64,000 nucleotides of DNA. Origin: Candidatus Woesebacteria bacterium RBG_16_42_24 (GTDB lineage Bacteria > Patescibacteriota > Microgenomatia > UBA8517). Shown piece by piece: positions 45,702 to 56,153 of the stretch. The stretch covers positions 146,537 to 210,536 of the forward strand of contig MGFX01000006.1 in the NCBI GenBank assembly GCA_001792115.1, in the 5' to 3' direction. The position numbers were made by a program, and so were the translations under genes. Numbering within the stretch: the stretch's first letter is position 1; each line of letters starts with the position of its first letter. A model generated the notes under the pieces. That model ran no database searches. It saw nothing but the letters and a program-made list of their open reading frames with translations, and had not been told where the DNA came from.

Positions 45702-47516
45702 TTATCGGCTTTTAAGAACAAAGTGGCTTCTTCTGGCTTGGGTTTCGTCAAGAATTATTTTCCTTATCCTGACACTTTTTGGTGTAACCTCGACGAGTTC
45801 GGTTTCGTCGATGTATTCAAGTGCATTTTCCAAAGACATGGCTTTAGGGGTATTAAAGTGAATCGAAGTTCCATCGCCTTTTGATCGCATATTGGAAAGC
45901 TGTTTTTCTTTACAAACATTAACCCAGATATCGTCGTATCTTGAATTTTGCCCAACAACTTGCCCTTTGTAGACTTTTTCGGCCGGTCCGTAAAACATTT
46001 CTCCTCTATCCTGAACGTTAACCAGTCCATAAAGCCTTGTTTCACCCGTTTCAAAGGCAACCAAGGAACCCCTGTCTCTTGTTTTTTGAAAGCCGTCGTC
46101 GGGTAAAAAGGCCTCAAAAGAAGCGTTTATGATCCCTAATCCTTTCGTATCGGTAATAAATTCGGATCTAAAACCGATTAATTCCTTAGTCGCCACTAAA
46201 TATTCCAAGTAAACGATTCCTTCGACATTGTCCATATCTTTAAGTTCGGCATGTCGCTGACCCATTTTGTTAATTACCTTTCCGGAGTATTCTTCGGGAA
46301 CTTCGATAAAGACTTTCTCATAAGGGGTATGGGTTTTGCCGTCAACTATCTTGGTAATAACTTGCGGTCGGCTAACTTGTAATTCATATCCTTCACGTCT
46401 AAGTCTTTCGATAAAAATGGCCAAATGAAGTTCCCCCCTTCCGGAAATAGTCCAAGTGGTGTTGACGTTTTCTTCAACTCTTAGGGCAACGTCTGTTTCT
46501 AATTCTTTAAAAAGCCGCATCCTTATTTGGCTTGAGGTTTTGAATTGGCCTTCTTTTCCTCCGAAGGGAGAATTATTGACCATGAAGATCATTTTGACCG
46601 TAGGTTCTTCAATATCAAGTAAAGGTAGCGCAACCGGACTTTCGATATCGGCTATCGTTTCCCCGATATTAATATCGGAAATTCCCGATACAGATACAAT
46701 ATCGCCGGCTTGGGCTTCTTCGACATATATCTTCCCCAAACCCTTAAAAGTAGCAATCGAGGTAATTTTGGCCGTATTGATATTTCCTTCCCGATCGATT
46801 TGAGCCACATCCTGACCGTTTTTAACAACACCGTTTGAAATTTTTCCTGTCGCGATACGGCCTTTATAGTCGTCTTTTCCCAAAGTAGAGATTCTTAACT
46901 GCAGAGGCTTAGTGCTGTCACCTATCGGTTCGGGGATATATTCCAAAATAGCTTCAAAAACCGGCCCAATTCCGGTCATTTCGGAAAGATCGGACTTGAC
47001 TCCGGCCCGACCGTTTCGGCCCGATGCGTAAACAATCGGAAAAATAGCGTTATCTTCATCGGCCCCAAGTTCCAAAAACAAATTAAAAGTTTTATCGATG
47101 GCATAATCCGGCCGTGCATCTTTTCTGTCTATTTTATTGATAACTACAATAATTTTTAATCCCATTTTTAATGCCTGCTTTAAAACAAAACGGGTTTGGG
47201 GCATTGGGCCTTCTTTGGCATCAACCAAAAGTAAAGCTCCGTCGGCCATGGATAAAACACGCTCTACCTCTCCGCCGAAATCGGCGTGGCCAGGTGTATC
47301 GATGATGTTAATCTTAACGCCTTTGTATAAAATTGAAGCGTTTTTGGAGAATATTGTGATACCCCTTTCTCGTTCAAGGTCGTTTGAATCCATTATCTGC
47401 TTAACCTCATCAAGGTCTTTTTTAAGTTCTGTATGGGATTGGCGCAATAGAGCGTCAACCAGGGTAGTTTTACCGTGGTCTACATGAGCGATAATGGCAA
47501 CGTTTCTTATATTCAT
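45702..47516 (-). CDS. typA: Translational GTPase TypA/BipA
   Basis: 604 aa; AIIAHVDHGKTTLVDALL G1, DTPGHADF G3, TypA-specific C-terminal domain. Confidence 0.93.
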   Translation of the reverse strand: MNIRNVAIIAHVDHGKTTLVDALLRQSHTELKKDLDEVKQIMDSNDLERERGITIFSKNASILYKGVKINIIDTPGHADFGGEVERVLSMADGALLLVDAKEGPMPQTRFVLKQALKMGLKIIVVINKIDRKDARPDYAIDKTFNLFLELGADEDNAIFPIVYASGRNGRAGVKSDLSEMTGIGPVFEAILEYIPEPIGDSTKPLQLRISTLGKDDYKGRIATGKISNGVVKNGQDVAQIDREGNINTAKITSIATFKGLGKIYVEEAQAGDIVSVSGISDINIGETIADIESPVALPLLDIEEPTVKMIFMVNNSPFGGKEGQFKTSSQIRMRLFKELETDVALRVEENVNTTWTISGRGELHLAIFIERLRREGYELQVSRPQVITKIVDGKTHTPYEKVFIEVPEEYSGKVINKMGQRHAELKDMDNVEGIVYLEYLVATKELIGFRSEFITDTKGLGIINASFEAFLPDDGFQKTRDRGSLVAFETGETRLYGLVNVQDRGEMFYGPAEKVYKGQVVGQNSRYDDIWVNVCKEKQLSNMRSKGDGTSIHFNTPKAMSLENALEYIDETELVEVTPKSVRIRKIILDETQARRSHFVLKSR

Positions 47517-47613
47517 ACCCTAAAAAAATAAAAAGCCGCTTTTTTGCAGCTTTAATAAAGAAAGCTTTAAAACTAAGTTAAGTATAAACCTATAGGATTA
47601 TTTAAGCAATTTA

Positions 47614-47689
47614 GGTGGACGGTAAGGGACTCGAACCCCTGACCTCTTACACGTCAAGTAAGCGCTCTAGCCAACTGAGCTAACCGTCC
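47614..47689 (-). tRNA. tRNA-Val (anticodon GAC)
   Basis: Reverse complement GGACGGTTAGCTCAGTTGGCTAGAGCGCTTACTTGACGTGTAAGAGGTCAGGGGTTCGAGTCCCTTACCGTCCACC. Confidence 0.85.
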
Positions 47690-47721
47690 AGGTACGGATA
47701 TTATACATTCTGAAGAAAACT

Positions 47722-48354
47722 TTAACCAGCTGAACGTTGAAGGTAATGGTCTGGGGAAAGAAGGAACTTGCTTCCGTGCTTTTTGTATATAGACCAATAG
47801 TTTTTCTTGTCCGCCCTTTTATTTACTGCAGAGAGCCAGTGACTGGCATGTTCGATCTTCTTTCTAAAGGAGGTAATAAACTCCAGTAACCTTTCAAAAA
47901 ATACCAGATGGTAGACTCCCGGATTTGCCGGAGCCTGGATGACGGCTATTTCAACCTCTTGAGCCAAATCCTGGGTAGATTGGGCCAGAGTTAATGTTTC
48001 TTGCATTATGGCGTGGAGCTGGAGTTTGAGTTTGTTACTTTCTCGCTCGATAAGAGCCACCTCTTCTTCTCTAAGCTTTCGCTCAAGTGCAAGTTGGTTT
48101 TTTAATTTTTTGTTTTCTTCGAACTTACCAGAAAAAACTTCATCAAACTCTAAGCTTTCTCCAGGAGCCATTTCAGCTTGGTATTTCTTGGGTTCACGAA
48201 ATCCGAATATCTGATCGAGGGCGTCTTTTGACGACCCTTCTAAAAGGTCCTTTTTTAGGCTCATTGAGGTTCCGGAGCCAATATCCTTAAGCGCCTCGAG
48301 CACATTTTGGCGCCTGACTTGCTTTTGAAATTTGGATTTTTGAGTTTTATCCAC
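47722..48354 (-). CDS. Hypothetical coiled-coil protein
   Basis: 210 aa; heptad-rich central region; basic N-terminus. Confidence 0.4.
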   Translation of the reverse strand: MDKTQKSKFQKQVRRQNVLEALKDIGSGTSMSLKKDLLEGSSKDALDQIFGFREPKKYQAEMAPGESLEFDEVFSGKFEENKKLKNQLALERKLREEEVALIERESNKLKLQLHAIMQETLTLAQSTQDLAQEVEIAVIQAPANPGVYHLVFFERLLEFITSFRKKIEHASHWLSAVNKRADKKNYWSIYKKHGSKFLLSPDHYLQRSAG

Positions 48355-48368
48355 TCTAATTCGGAATC

Positions 48369-49253
48369 TTATAATAAGGAAGTTAGGGAGTCAAGCGCGC
48401 TTCGCTTTTTTAGGATTGAAGCTATAAGTCTCCTTCTTTCGGGGGTGTTCAGGTTTTCAAAGGATTTTTCGTCAGCGGCGTTTTCTTTAAGGGCGGCGTC
48501 GATTTCGGTTTCGCTAACTTTGATATCCTTTTCTTCCGCAATTCTAGAAAGAACCAAGTCGAGCTTCAAGGCTTCCCTGGCTTGGACTTGGTATTCGCCC
48601 CTTAATGTTTCAGGAGTTTTCCCGATTGAGGCCAGATATTTTTCAAGAGATAGCCCTAATCTCTCTGTTCGCTCCAATAGTCCAGCGAGTCTCGTGTCAA
48701 CCTCCTCATCTATTAAAGGTCTGGGTACATTTACCTCGCTTGTTGAAATCAGGACTTTTATAACTTCCTGCTCCTTTTCTTCTTTTGTTTTTTCTTTTGG
48801 CTTTTCCGATTTGCCCTTGTCTGGAGTCCAGATTGATCCAACTTTGGCAGTACTTGCGATAGCATTCTGATAATCCCCCAACTTTATCTCGGGCATTTCA
48901 CAGGTAGTCGCCCTTATTTGCCAATCCTCGTCTTCTTTTGCGCTAACTAGCTCAAACCTCGGGTAAATAAGGGGTTTTATGCTGAATTTTGTAATTGCAT
49001 CACCTAAAGCCTTAGGCAGAAGTTTTGCCAGAGTTTTCTCTATTAAGGTCGATTCTGAAATCCGTTCTTTGACTTTTGTAATAGGAGCCCTACCCTTGCG
49101 GAATCCGGGGATCTCGGTGTCATGGGCTAGCTCGGCCAAAGCTTCTTCTTTTGAGCTTTTAATCACGGCAAACGGAATTTTAAATGTAATCTGAATTGTT
49201 CCGTCGGCCTCGCGTGCAAGAACTGAATCAATTTGTTGGTCCGCCTTTGTCAT
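48369..49253 (-). CDS. tig: Trigger factor (compact form; start placed at MTKADQQ)
   Basis: About 294 aa; ribosome-binding signature IPGFRKGRAPITKV (TF PGFRxGKxP) in the N-domain. Confidence 0.7.
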   Translation of the reverse strand: MTKADQQIDSVLAREADGTIQITFKIPFAVIKSSKEEALAELAHDTEIPGFRKGRAPITKVKERISESTLIEKTLAKLLPKALGDAITKFSIKPLIYPRFELVSAKEDEDWQIRATTCEMPEIKLGDYQNAIASTAKVGSIWTPDKGKSEKPKEKTKEEKEQEVIKVLISTSEVNVPRPLIDEEVDTRLAGLLERTERLGLSLEKYLASIGKTPETLRGEYQVQAREALKLDLVLSRIAEEKDIKVSETEIDAALKENAADEKSFENLNTPERRRLIASILKKRSALDSLTSLL

Positions 49254-49289
49254 TTTTACAAAAATATCCACGCACAATGCGTGGGATGC

Positions 49290-49432
49290 CTATTTTACCA
49301 GAGGAGTAACAAAAATGCTATGACATTCCCCCCGCCCTAAAAGGCGGGTCTTCTTCTGTAAGAGAATGACATATCAGGATTCGATCCCTCCCCGATTAAA
49401 TCGGTGTTTCCTTGAATGATGTTATGAACCCC
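49290..49432 (+). repeat. Structured repeat element R, full copy 3
   Basis: CCGCCCtaaaagGCGGG hairpin, then GAATGACATATCAGGATTCGATCCCTCCCCGATTaaaTCGGTGTTTCCTTGAATGATGTTATGAA, about 75% identical to copy 2. Confidence 0.55.
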
Positions 49433-49732
49433 CTTTGTGTTGGGTTTTGAATTGAGTCGCATTAAATTTCCCCTGTTGGCCTTTAGCCCCAAATTTGCTC
49501 TGTTTGAAAAAATCTGGAGTCCTAAAACCTAAAGAAGGTCCTGCTTTCTTCTTTACAAAGGAACTTTTCTGTTTCATATATCATAATTGTAAATTGTAAA
49601 TTGATAATTGTAAATTTATGTTTTATACTTTAATTGCCAAAGTGTGTTTAATGGATAGTCTTCGAGTAAGCTTCCGTTAATCCTCGAGGCGTTCGATGCT
49701 TTCAATCGTTAGAAAGGAGGTAATTAAAATAC

Positions 49733-49996
49733 ATGGCTACCAAGCTATTTGTAGGTAATCTTGACTATACTGTTACGTCCGACGATCTTAAGGCGGCATT
49801 TGCAGGAGTAGGCACAGTTGTAGACGCCGTAGTTATTTCAGACAAAATGACCGGCAGAAGTAGGGGTTTCGGATTTGTGGAAATGAGCTCTGAAGCAGAG
49901 GTTAAAGATGCAATCGAGAAACTGAATGGATCCGACCTTAAGGGTAGAAAGATAAACGTAAACGAAGCTCGCCCTCCCAGAGAAACCCAAGCCTAA
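49733..49996 (+). CDS. RRM-type RNA-binding protein
   Basis: 87 aa; RNP2 LFVGNL and RNP1 RGFGFVEM motifs. Confidence 0.85.
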   Translation: MATKLFVGNLDYTVTSDDLKAAFAGVGTVVDAVVISDKMTGRSRGFGFVEMSSEAEVKDAIEKLNGSDLKGRKINVNEARPPRETQA

Positions 49997-50001
49997 TTTT
50001 T

Positions 50002-50340
50002 TTAGTCGCTTGCGAGTTTGTGAAGAAACCACGATACTAGCGATAGTACAATCGAGGCAAGTATTGCTGTGGTGAAGGTGCTTATAGAGAAACCTGGTAC
50101 GATTTTGCTTACCACCCAAAGCAGGAACACGTTAATTAAGAAAGCCGTAATACCAAAAGTAAGAATCGATATCGGAAGCGCTATAAGCTGAACAATAGGA
50201 CGGATAAAGGTATTGACGATTCCGATTACGATAGCGGCAACAAGAGCCGCCCATACACCTGTGAGAGTAAATCCTGGGACCAAGTAGGCTACAACAAAAA
50301 GTGTAAAAACGTTGATCGCAAGACGTACAACAAGTTTCAT
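50002..50340 (-). CDS. YvlD-like membrane protein (phage holin family 4, PF04020)
   Basis: 112 aa; aligns with B. subtilis YvlD (AYLVPGF...AALVAAIVIGIVNTFIRPI...LTFG...IVPGF). Confidence 0.7.
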   Translation of the reverse strand: MKLVVRLAINVFTLFVVAYLVPGFTLTGVWAALVAAIVIGIVNTFIRPIVQLIALPISILTFGITAFLINVFLLWVVSKIVPGFSISTFTTAILASIVLSLVSWFLHKLASD

Positions 50341-50358
50341 TACTTCATATTGAACGAT

Positions 50359-51369
50359 TTAGAAAGTATTTGTCAAATGCTTATGAAAAAAAACAATATT
50401 TCTCGCTACAACAACATCCCAAGAAAGATTTAAGTTGTGGTCTGCTTTCTGATAAACGTAATAGTTTAAGTCCAATTTTAGGTTTAGAAGAGAATTAGCC
50501 AACTCTTCGGACCAAATAGCCGGTACGGCATCATCATTAGTCCCCTGGTGAAGTTCAATGGGTGCTTTGATTTTATGATAATTCAAATCAATAGCATAAA
50601 GGTCTGGATCGTATAATTCCTCAAACTTTGCGAGCTCTCTGCGTATCAGTTTGCCTCTATCTTCAGATTCATCAGTGTAATAAAGGATTGAATAAGGGAA
50701 AGGTTTGGAAACCGGGGCCCAAAGTACAGTTGGATAAGGCTGTTGTGTAACTTCTAGGACCGTGAGAGCTATTTGTCCCCCGTTTGAGTGTCCCCAGATT
50801 AATGTATTTTTCTTATCCCACTTGTCAATTGAATCCAACGATTTTAACAATGTCAGTGCTGTAGTGTAGGTCTGGAATCTTGATTCAAAAATACTTCCGG
50901 CTTCTGCGTCAGATCCCCCATAGCCTAGGAAGTCAGGTGCGATAGTAATATACCCGTTTGAAGCAAAATACTCCCCGGCGCGTTTAGTGCCGTCACCAGT
51001 CTTATAGATTTCTTGGTCGACGTAACCTCGGAACATTACAACTAAGGGGAATGGTCCCTCACCCTTGGGGATGTTAAGAAGCCCTGTTACTTTCTTCTTT
51101 TCCTTCCCGGTGAGTGCGGGATCTAAATTGAAAGAGAAGGTGAGTGAGCTGAACCCGACTTCGTCCTTAACGGTCTCTGCTATTTCTATTTGAGACATGG
51201 GAATATCACTATAGGAAAGATTTTCAATCGTATATTTATCGAGGGGACGTGGTTTAATTTGATTGATAAAAGGTGGAGCTTGGGTTTCTTTTGGGAAGAA
51301 ATTTAGTAATAAATATACTGATCCCGCTCCGAGTACAAATATAAAAATGGCTGAAAGAATCCTTTTCAC
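50359..51369 (-). CDS. Alpha/beta-hydrolase fold esterase/dienelactone-hydrolase-like protein
   Basis: 336 aa; signal anchor; nucleophile elbow GHSNGG; downstream Asp/His. Confidence 0.65.
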   Translation of the reverse strand: MKRILSAIFIFVLGAGSVYLLLNFFPKETQAPPFINQIKPRPLDKYTIENLSYSDIPMSQIEIAETVKDEVGFSSLTFSFNLDPALTGKEKKKVTGLLNIPKGEGPFPLVVMFRGYVDQEIYKTGDGTKRAGEYFASNGYITIAPDFLGYGGSDAEAGSIFESRFQTYTTALTLLKSLDSIDKWDKKNTLIWGHSNGGQIALTVLEVTQQPYPTVLWAPVSKPFPYSILYYTDESEDRGKLIRRELAKFEELYDPDLYAIDLNYHKIKAPIELHQGTNDDAVPAIWSEELANSLLNLKLDLNYYVYQKADHNLNLSWDVVVARNIVFFHKHLTNTF

Positions 51370-52790
51370 TTAAATAACATTTGTACTGCCGTAAAGGCCG
51401 AGAATCCTCCGTAGAAGACAAATGCTAATCCTACAAAAAACATTCTTATGACGGAGGGCCTGAGTTCTTTGGCAATGGCTGTTAGATTGAGCCAAAGGAT
51501 TAAACCGGTGTATATAAACATGGACATCGCATTTAGGACAGCTCCGGTGACTACAAGAGAAAGAGGTTCAGTAAATCCCAAAGCGAAAATTATTATACCT
51601 GCCAGAATCTGGAACGCTAAAAAGGCGAAAAAGAATAAATGTAGCCTACTCACCTTGAAGCGGTTAGGTGAGAGGAGCACCAGATTCTCACTCATTATCC
51701 TGGCATTCGAGCCAAATACAGAGAATTGAGTACCAAAAAGCATCAATGCTGCCATTAGGAGAAAAAATGTACCCATAAAAGCGAATGTTTTTTCTGCGAT
51801 CACACCCGACTCAAAAATAACAAAATTTATGCTCGTTTCAACACCTTTCGAACCGTGAACTGTTGAGTAAGCTAGAAGAGAAAGAAGAAGCATAGTGAAG
51901 GCTCCGGTTGCCCAAAATATAATTGCGTGCTCGATATTAATCCTTCTCCACCAGGTTTTAAATTTAGTAAGATTTTCGTTGGTTGTATCAAAAGTTGTCC
52001 CTGTCAAAACTATGCTCTCTTTCTTTCCTGCTAAAATATTTATGATGTGGCCGGAATAGGAACCCATTCCATAACCTTTCTCTTTTACATAAAGAGATTG
52101 GGCAAGGTTAAGATTTCCGCCTGCTCCGGCGTAGGCTAAAGCGGCCAAGAAGGTGGCGAAAGGCAGCCCCGCGGGCAGAAACCAGAAGTTTTCTCCTTTT
52201 CCGATTACGCCCTGGGTTAAAGCTGCCCAGTCGCTCCCTTTTGCTAAAAATAAGGTAATTATAAGTACGAAAGGAATGCCTACTAAAATTATTGCTTTTT
52301 GTACCCTTTCTTGTGTTTTATAGACGACGCGACCAAGACTATATAGAACGCCTATTAGGAGAAGAAAAAGTATGCCGATAAGACCCGAATAAGGAATTCC
52401 AACCCCTTTTGCAAAGACGGTTGCGGAAGCTGCGATTATTCCGGGCCACATCCAAGGAATGAATGTGGTCAAGATAAACCAAACCGGCGCTAAGTTGCCG
52501 AATTTTCGGGTAAGCCCTACAAATATACTCTCGCCAGTGACAAGCGTATAACGTTCAATTTCCATATTTATGAAGAATTGGAAGGTGATTCCAAGAATTG
52601 CGGCCCAGATAATTCCGAGGCCAAAATTTGAGGAAAGATACGGCCAAAGTATTAGTTCGCCACTTCCCAATCCTACACCAAGAATAATAAAACTCGGACC
52701 AATAAGCTTAAGTAAGGGTGGCGCTGGGGGTAATTCATTTTTTGCAAGTGGGGAAAGTGCTGACATTAACTTTAGTGTACAAGATTTCAT
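51366..52790 (-). CDS. Polytopic membrane protein, putative transporter (Nramp-related fold?)
   Basis: 474 aa; at least 11 hydrophobic helices; weak resemblance of GPSFIILGVGLGSGE to the Nramp TM1 region, but no DPGN motif. Confidence 0.3.
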   Translation of the reverse strand: MKSCTLKLMSALSPLAKNELPPAPPLLKLIGPSFIILGVGLGSGELILWPYLSSNFGLGIIWAAILGITFQFFINMEIERYTLVTGESIFVGLTRKFGNLAPVWFILTTFIPWMWPGIIAASATVFAKGVGIPYSGLIGILFLLLIGVLYSLGRVVYKTQERVQKAIILVGIPFVLIITLFLAKGSDWAALTQGVIGKGENFWFLPAGLPFATFLAALAYAGAGGNLNLAQSLYVKEKGYGMGSYSGHIINILAGKKESIVLTGTTFDTTNENLTKFKTWWRRINIEHAIIFWATGAFTMLLLSLLAYSTVHGSKGVETSINFVIFESGVIAEKTFAFMGTFFLLMAALMLFGTQFSVFGSNARIMSENLVLLSPNRFKVSRLHLFFFAFLAFQILAGIIIFALGFTEPLSLVVTGAVLNAMSMFIYTGLILWLNLTAIAKELRPSVIRMFFVGLAFVFYGGFSAFTAVQMLFK

Positions 52791-52817
52791 TTATACGCTC
52801 CAGATGTGTAATATTAG

Positions 52818-53927
52818 TTGACAATGAAAACCGTGATTCATCAGATACGAACGCCAGTAAAGAGAGAAGGAGCGGGTAGATACCTTATGCTCACTCTAAT
52901 CAGTTTTGCGCTATCCGTAATAGTAACCAGAGTCATCTTGCAGGTCACTAATTATCCTCAGCTAGCTTGGGGAGAGTTTCATATTGCGCACATACTTTTT
53001 GGCGGCCTCATGCTATTTGTGGCTGCACTTTTGCCTTTAGTTTTGGCTAATCGCTCAATTTATGTAGCCAGCGCAGTACTATCCGGAGCGGGAGTAGGCT
53101 TATTTATTGATGAAGTAGGAAAATTTATAACACGCCAAAATGACTACTTTTATGCGCCAGCTATGCCGATAATCTATGCTTTTTTCCTTTTGACAGTACT
53201 CGTCTATTTTCAGGTAAGGAAAAGACCTAGAAAGGATGCAAGGGCAGAGCTCTATCGGTCTCTTGATTCCATGGCCGAGATTCTTGACTATGATTTAGAA
53301 CCGCACGAGTTCGCTTCCCTCAAAAGAAGATTAAAATACGTCTCCCAGAGGAAAGAATCACCGGCATTGGCAGATCTGGCTGGTAAGCTTTTAAAATTTC
53401 TGGATTTTCGGCAGCTAGATATAGTTCCAAGAAGTCATAATTTAATTGAAAGAGTGGGAGTAAAACTTGAGAAGTTTGAAGAGAAATATATTCGCAAAGG
53501 GTTATATAAAGCAGCGCTTATATTGTGGCTGACTGCCTCCGGGATAATTGCGATCTCGGATCTAGCAAGGAGCTATGTGGCATTTTTCTCGTATGAGGCT
53601 CTTTATGAACTAGTTTCTAGACTGATTTCTTCAGGTATTTTAGTAAGTGATGCGAGTATCTACTGGTTTTTAGTAAGACTTAGTCTTGAGGCACTCGTGG
53701 GGGTCGCTTTAGTAGTATCTGCATTTCTTTTAGCTAAAGGTTCGGAAAAAACCGGCGTATCGATTGCCTACTACGGTATTCTTCTTTCCTTAACTACGGT
53801 CAATCTGTTAGTCTTCTACTTCGACCAAACAAGAGCTTTTCTTTCAACCGCTGGCCAACTTACACTTCTTCTTATGATTATCCATTTCCAGCATAGATTT
53901 TTATATTCTTCAGAAACCATCTCTTGA
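52818..53927 (+). CDS. Hypothetical polytopic membrane protein
   Basis: 369 aa; 6-8 hydrophobic helices; no known motif. Confidence 0.4.
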   Translation: MTMKTVIHQIRTPVKREGAGRYLMLTLISFALSVIVTRVILQVTNYPQLAWGEFHIAHILFGGLMLFVAALLPLVLANRSIYVASAVLSGAGVGLFIDEVGKFITRQNDYFYAPAMPIIYAFFLLTVLVYFQVRKRPRKDARAELYRSLDSMAEILDYDLEPHEFASLKRRLKYVSQRKESPALADLAGKLLKFLDFRQLDIVPRSHNLIERVGVKLEKFEEKYIRKGLYKAALILWLTASGIIAISDLARSYVAFFSYEALYELVSRLISSGILVSDASIYWFLVRLSLEALVGVALVVSAFLLAKGSEKTGVSIAYYGILLSLTTVNLLVFYFDQTRAFLSTAGQLTLLLMIIHFQHRFLYSSETIS

Positions 53928-54015
53928 TCCTTCGACTAACGCTCAGGATCTGCGTACTCTTCAGGAGTTAATAAGGTACTTGACTTCGGGTTTTCTTCGG
54001 TAGTATAAAGGGTAG

Positions 54016-54276
54016 ATGCTTGAGAAAATCTCCGCTCCTGTATCGGTTGGATTCACCTTCGACCACACTACTCGTAGGGTAATCCCTAAATGGGTAATCT
54101 GGGAAGGGCGCACTTACCCTATTGAGAAAGTCGGGCTTCACCACACTTATAGAGCTGGTAGAACTCTATTCCATGTCTTTTCAGTTGCCTCAAAAACCCT
54201 TTTTTTTAGGCTTGTACTTAATACAGATACCTTGCATTGGAGATTGGAGGAGATTTCCGATGGAATGTCAGACTAA
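54016..54276 (+). CDS. Hypothetical small protein
   Basis: 86 aa ORF, no motif. Confidence 0.25.
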   Translation: MLEKISAPVSVGFTFDHTTRRVIPKWVIWEGRTYPIEKVGLHHTYRAGRTLFHVFSVASKTLFFRLVLNTDTLHWRLEEISDGMSD

Positions 54277-54391
54277 AAATCGGTTTATCGGTTTCTCGGT
54301 TATCAGATATCGGTGGATCGGCTTGTCAGATTACAAAATCCGAAAATCCGAAAAACTGAAATCAGAAGACTGATGACCTGACAAACTGAAT

Positions 54392-55639
54392 ATGTTGGCT
54401 TTCAATCCCAAACCCTCAACCATAATGCACCTGGACCTTAATTCCTGTTTTGCGACGATTGAGCAACAGGCAAATCCGCAGCTTCGGGGCAAACCCATCG
54501 CGGTTGCCGCCTACACCACCCCATCCGGTTGCATCATTGCCCCTTCGGTTGAGGCCAAAAGATATGGGATCAAGGTCGGAATGAGGGTCAAAGACGGCAA
54601 ACTTCTCTATCCAGGCTTGATAGTTCTTTCTCCCGACCCATGGAAATATAGAAACGTACACCTTGCCCTTCGAAGAATCGTTTCCGATTATACCGACAAA
54701 TTTGTGCCGAAGAGTATTGATGAATTCGTTTTAGACCTAGAAGGATACCCCTGTTTAGTAGCAAGTAGTATGCAGCAAGTAGCAAGGGAGATTAAGGAGA
54801 GAATCAAGGAGGAGATCGGAGAATGGCTGACGGTTTCAGTGGGAATTGCCCCAAACAAATTTCTTGCCAAAACTGCAGCCTCCCTCCATAAACCCGACGG
54901 GTTGGATGAGATTGATAAAGAAAACTTTGCCAAAGTTTATTCGGGCCTTAAACTTACGGAGCTATGTGGGATAAAACTTCGAAACGCAGTTCGGCTAAAC
55001 AACATGGGCATATTTAGCGTTTTGGATTTCTTCGAGGCACCATATCCTAAGCTGAAGGCTGCCTTTGAATCGATCCTTGGATACTATTGGTATTTGCGCT
55101 TGCGAGGTTGGGAAATAGACGACGTTGTTTTTGGCAGACGCTCATATGGCAATTCTTTCGCCCTGCCTAGGCCATTAGTAACAGTTGAAGAGCTCTCTCC
55201 TGTTCTTTCTAAACTCGTTCAAAAAATGGGAGCAAGATTTAGGCGGGCTGGATATAAAGCCAAAGGAGTTCATTTGGCAATCGCCTACCGGGACGGAACA
55301 TTTTGGCACCAGGGAGTTACAACCACAAGAATCTTATTCGACAGCAGGGACATTTATAGAGTCGCATTTAGACTTCTTAATCGAAGTCCCTATAGAAAAG
55401 CTGTCAGGGAGCTCGCCGTATCGGTTTTTAACTTGATAGATGAGCCGTCTTTGCAGCTTGAACTATTTGACGACCTAAGGAAAAAGGAGCGAATAGTGAA
55501 TGCGGTCGATGCCGTAAATGAACGCTGGGGAGACTTTGTCATAACTCCAGCTCGCATGCTTGGAACTAAAAATGCCGTAATTGACAGAATCGCCTTTGGC
55601 GGAGTCAAGGAACTCGAGGAATTTACCCTTCGATATTAG
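54392..55639 (+). CDS. dinB: Y-family DNA polymerase IV
   Basis: 415 aa; MHLDLNSCFATIE (UmuC motif I), SVGIAPNKFLAK. Confidence 0.85.
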   Translation: MLAFNPKPSTIMHLDLNSCFATIEQQANPQLRGKPIAVAAYTTPSGCIIAPSVEAKRYGIKVGMRVKDGKLLYPGLIVLSPDPWKYRNVHLALRRIVSDYTDKFVPKSIDEFVLDLEGYPCLVASSMQQVAREIKERIKEEIGEWLTVSVGIAPNKFLAKTAASLHKPDGLDEIDKENFAKVYSGLKLTELCGIKLRNAVRLNNMGIFSVLDFFEAPYPKLKAAFESILGYYWYLRLRGWEIDDVVFGRRSYGNSFALPRPLVTVEELSPVLSKLVQKMGARFRRAGYKAKGVHLAIAYRDGTFWHQGVTTTRILFDSRDIYRVAFRLLNRSPYRKAVRELAVSVFNLIDEPSLQLELFDDLRKKERIVNAVDAVNERWGDFVITPARMLGTKNAVIDRIAFGGVKELEEFTLRY

Positions 55640-56153
55640 TTAAATCGACGGCCGTTCCTACTCCAACTTTGTTTTTTTCAGAGAACCCTCCCGCGACCTC
55701 TAAGACATAATCGACTAATCCGTCAGGAATTAGTAGGGGTAATTCGCGGTCCGCTGTTCCTTCTGCGGGAGGTTGAACTTCCTTTGTGATTTGGGTAATT
55801 TTTCCGTCATTTATCCAAATTATGTCAATGGGAATCAGCATTCCCTTCATCCAAAAGGATGGTTTAAAGTCTTTGTTTGCAAATACGAAGAGCATCCCTT
55901 CATTTGGGGCTAAAGATTTTCTTCCGGAAAGTCCCTTAGAGCGCTCGCTATCCTCATCGGCTACCTCAACTAAAAGTTCAACCTCACCTACTTTAAGGAC
56001 TTTCTTATCCCCTATTGTGGTTTGGACAGTTTTTGAAGCATATGAGCCAGGATTGGAAAGAGCCTTCTGGGCCTCTTGTGGGTATTTAGTGAATACTCCC
56101 AGAATAACAATTAATGCCGCAACAGCTGCAAGGAGTAAAAACGTCTGCTTCAT
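55623..56153 (-). CDS. DUF192-family protein (COG1430)
   Basis: 176 aa; signal anchor; IPIDIIWIN...YVLEVAGG pattern typical of DUF192. Confidence 0.55.
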   Translation of the reverse strand: MKQTFLLLAAVAALIVILGVFTKYPQEAQKALSNPGSYASKTVQTTIGDKKVLKVGEVELLVEVADEDSERSKGLSGRKSLAPNEGMLFVFANKDFKPSFWMKGMLIPIDIIWINDGKITQITKEVQPPAEGTADRELPLLIPDGLVDYVLEVAGGFSEKNKVGVGTAVDLTNIEG

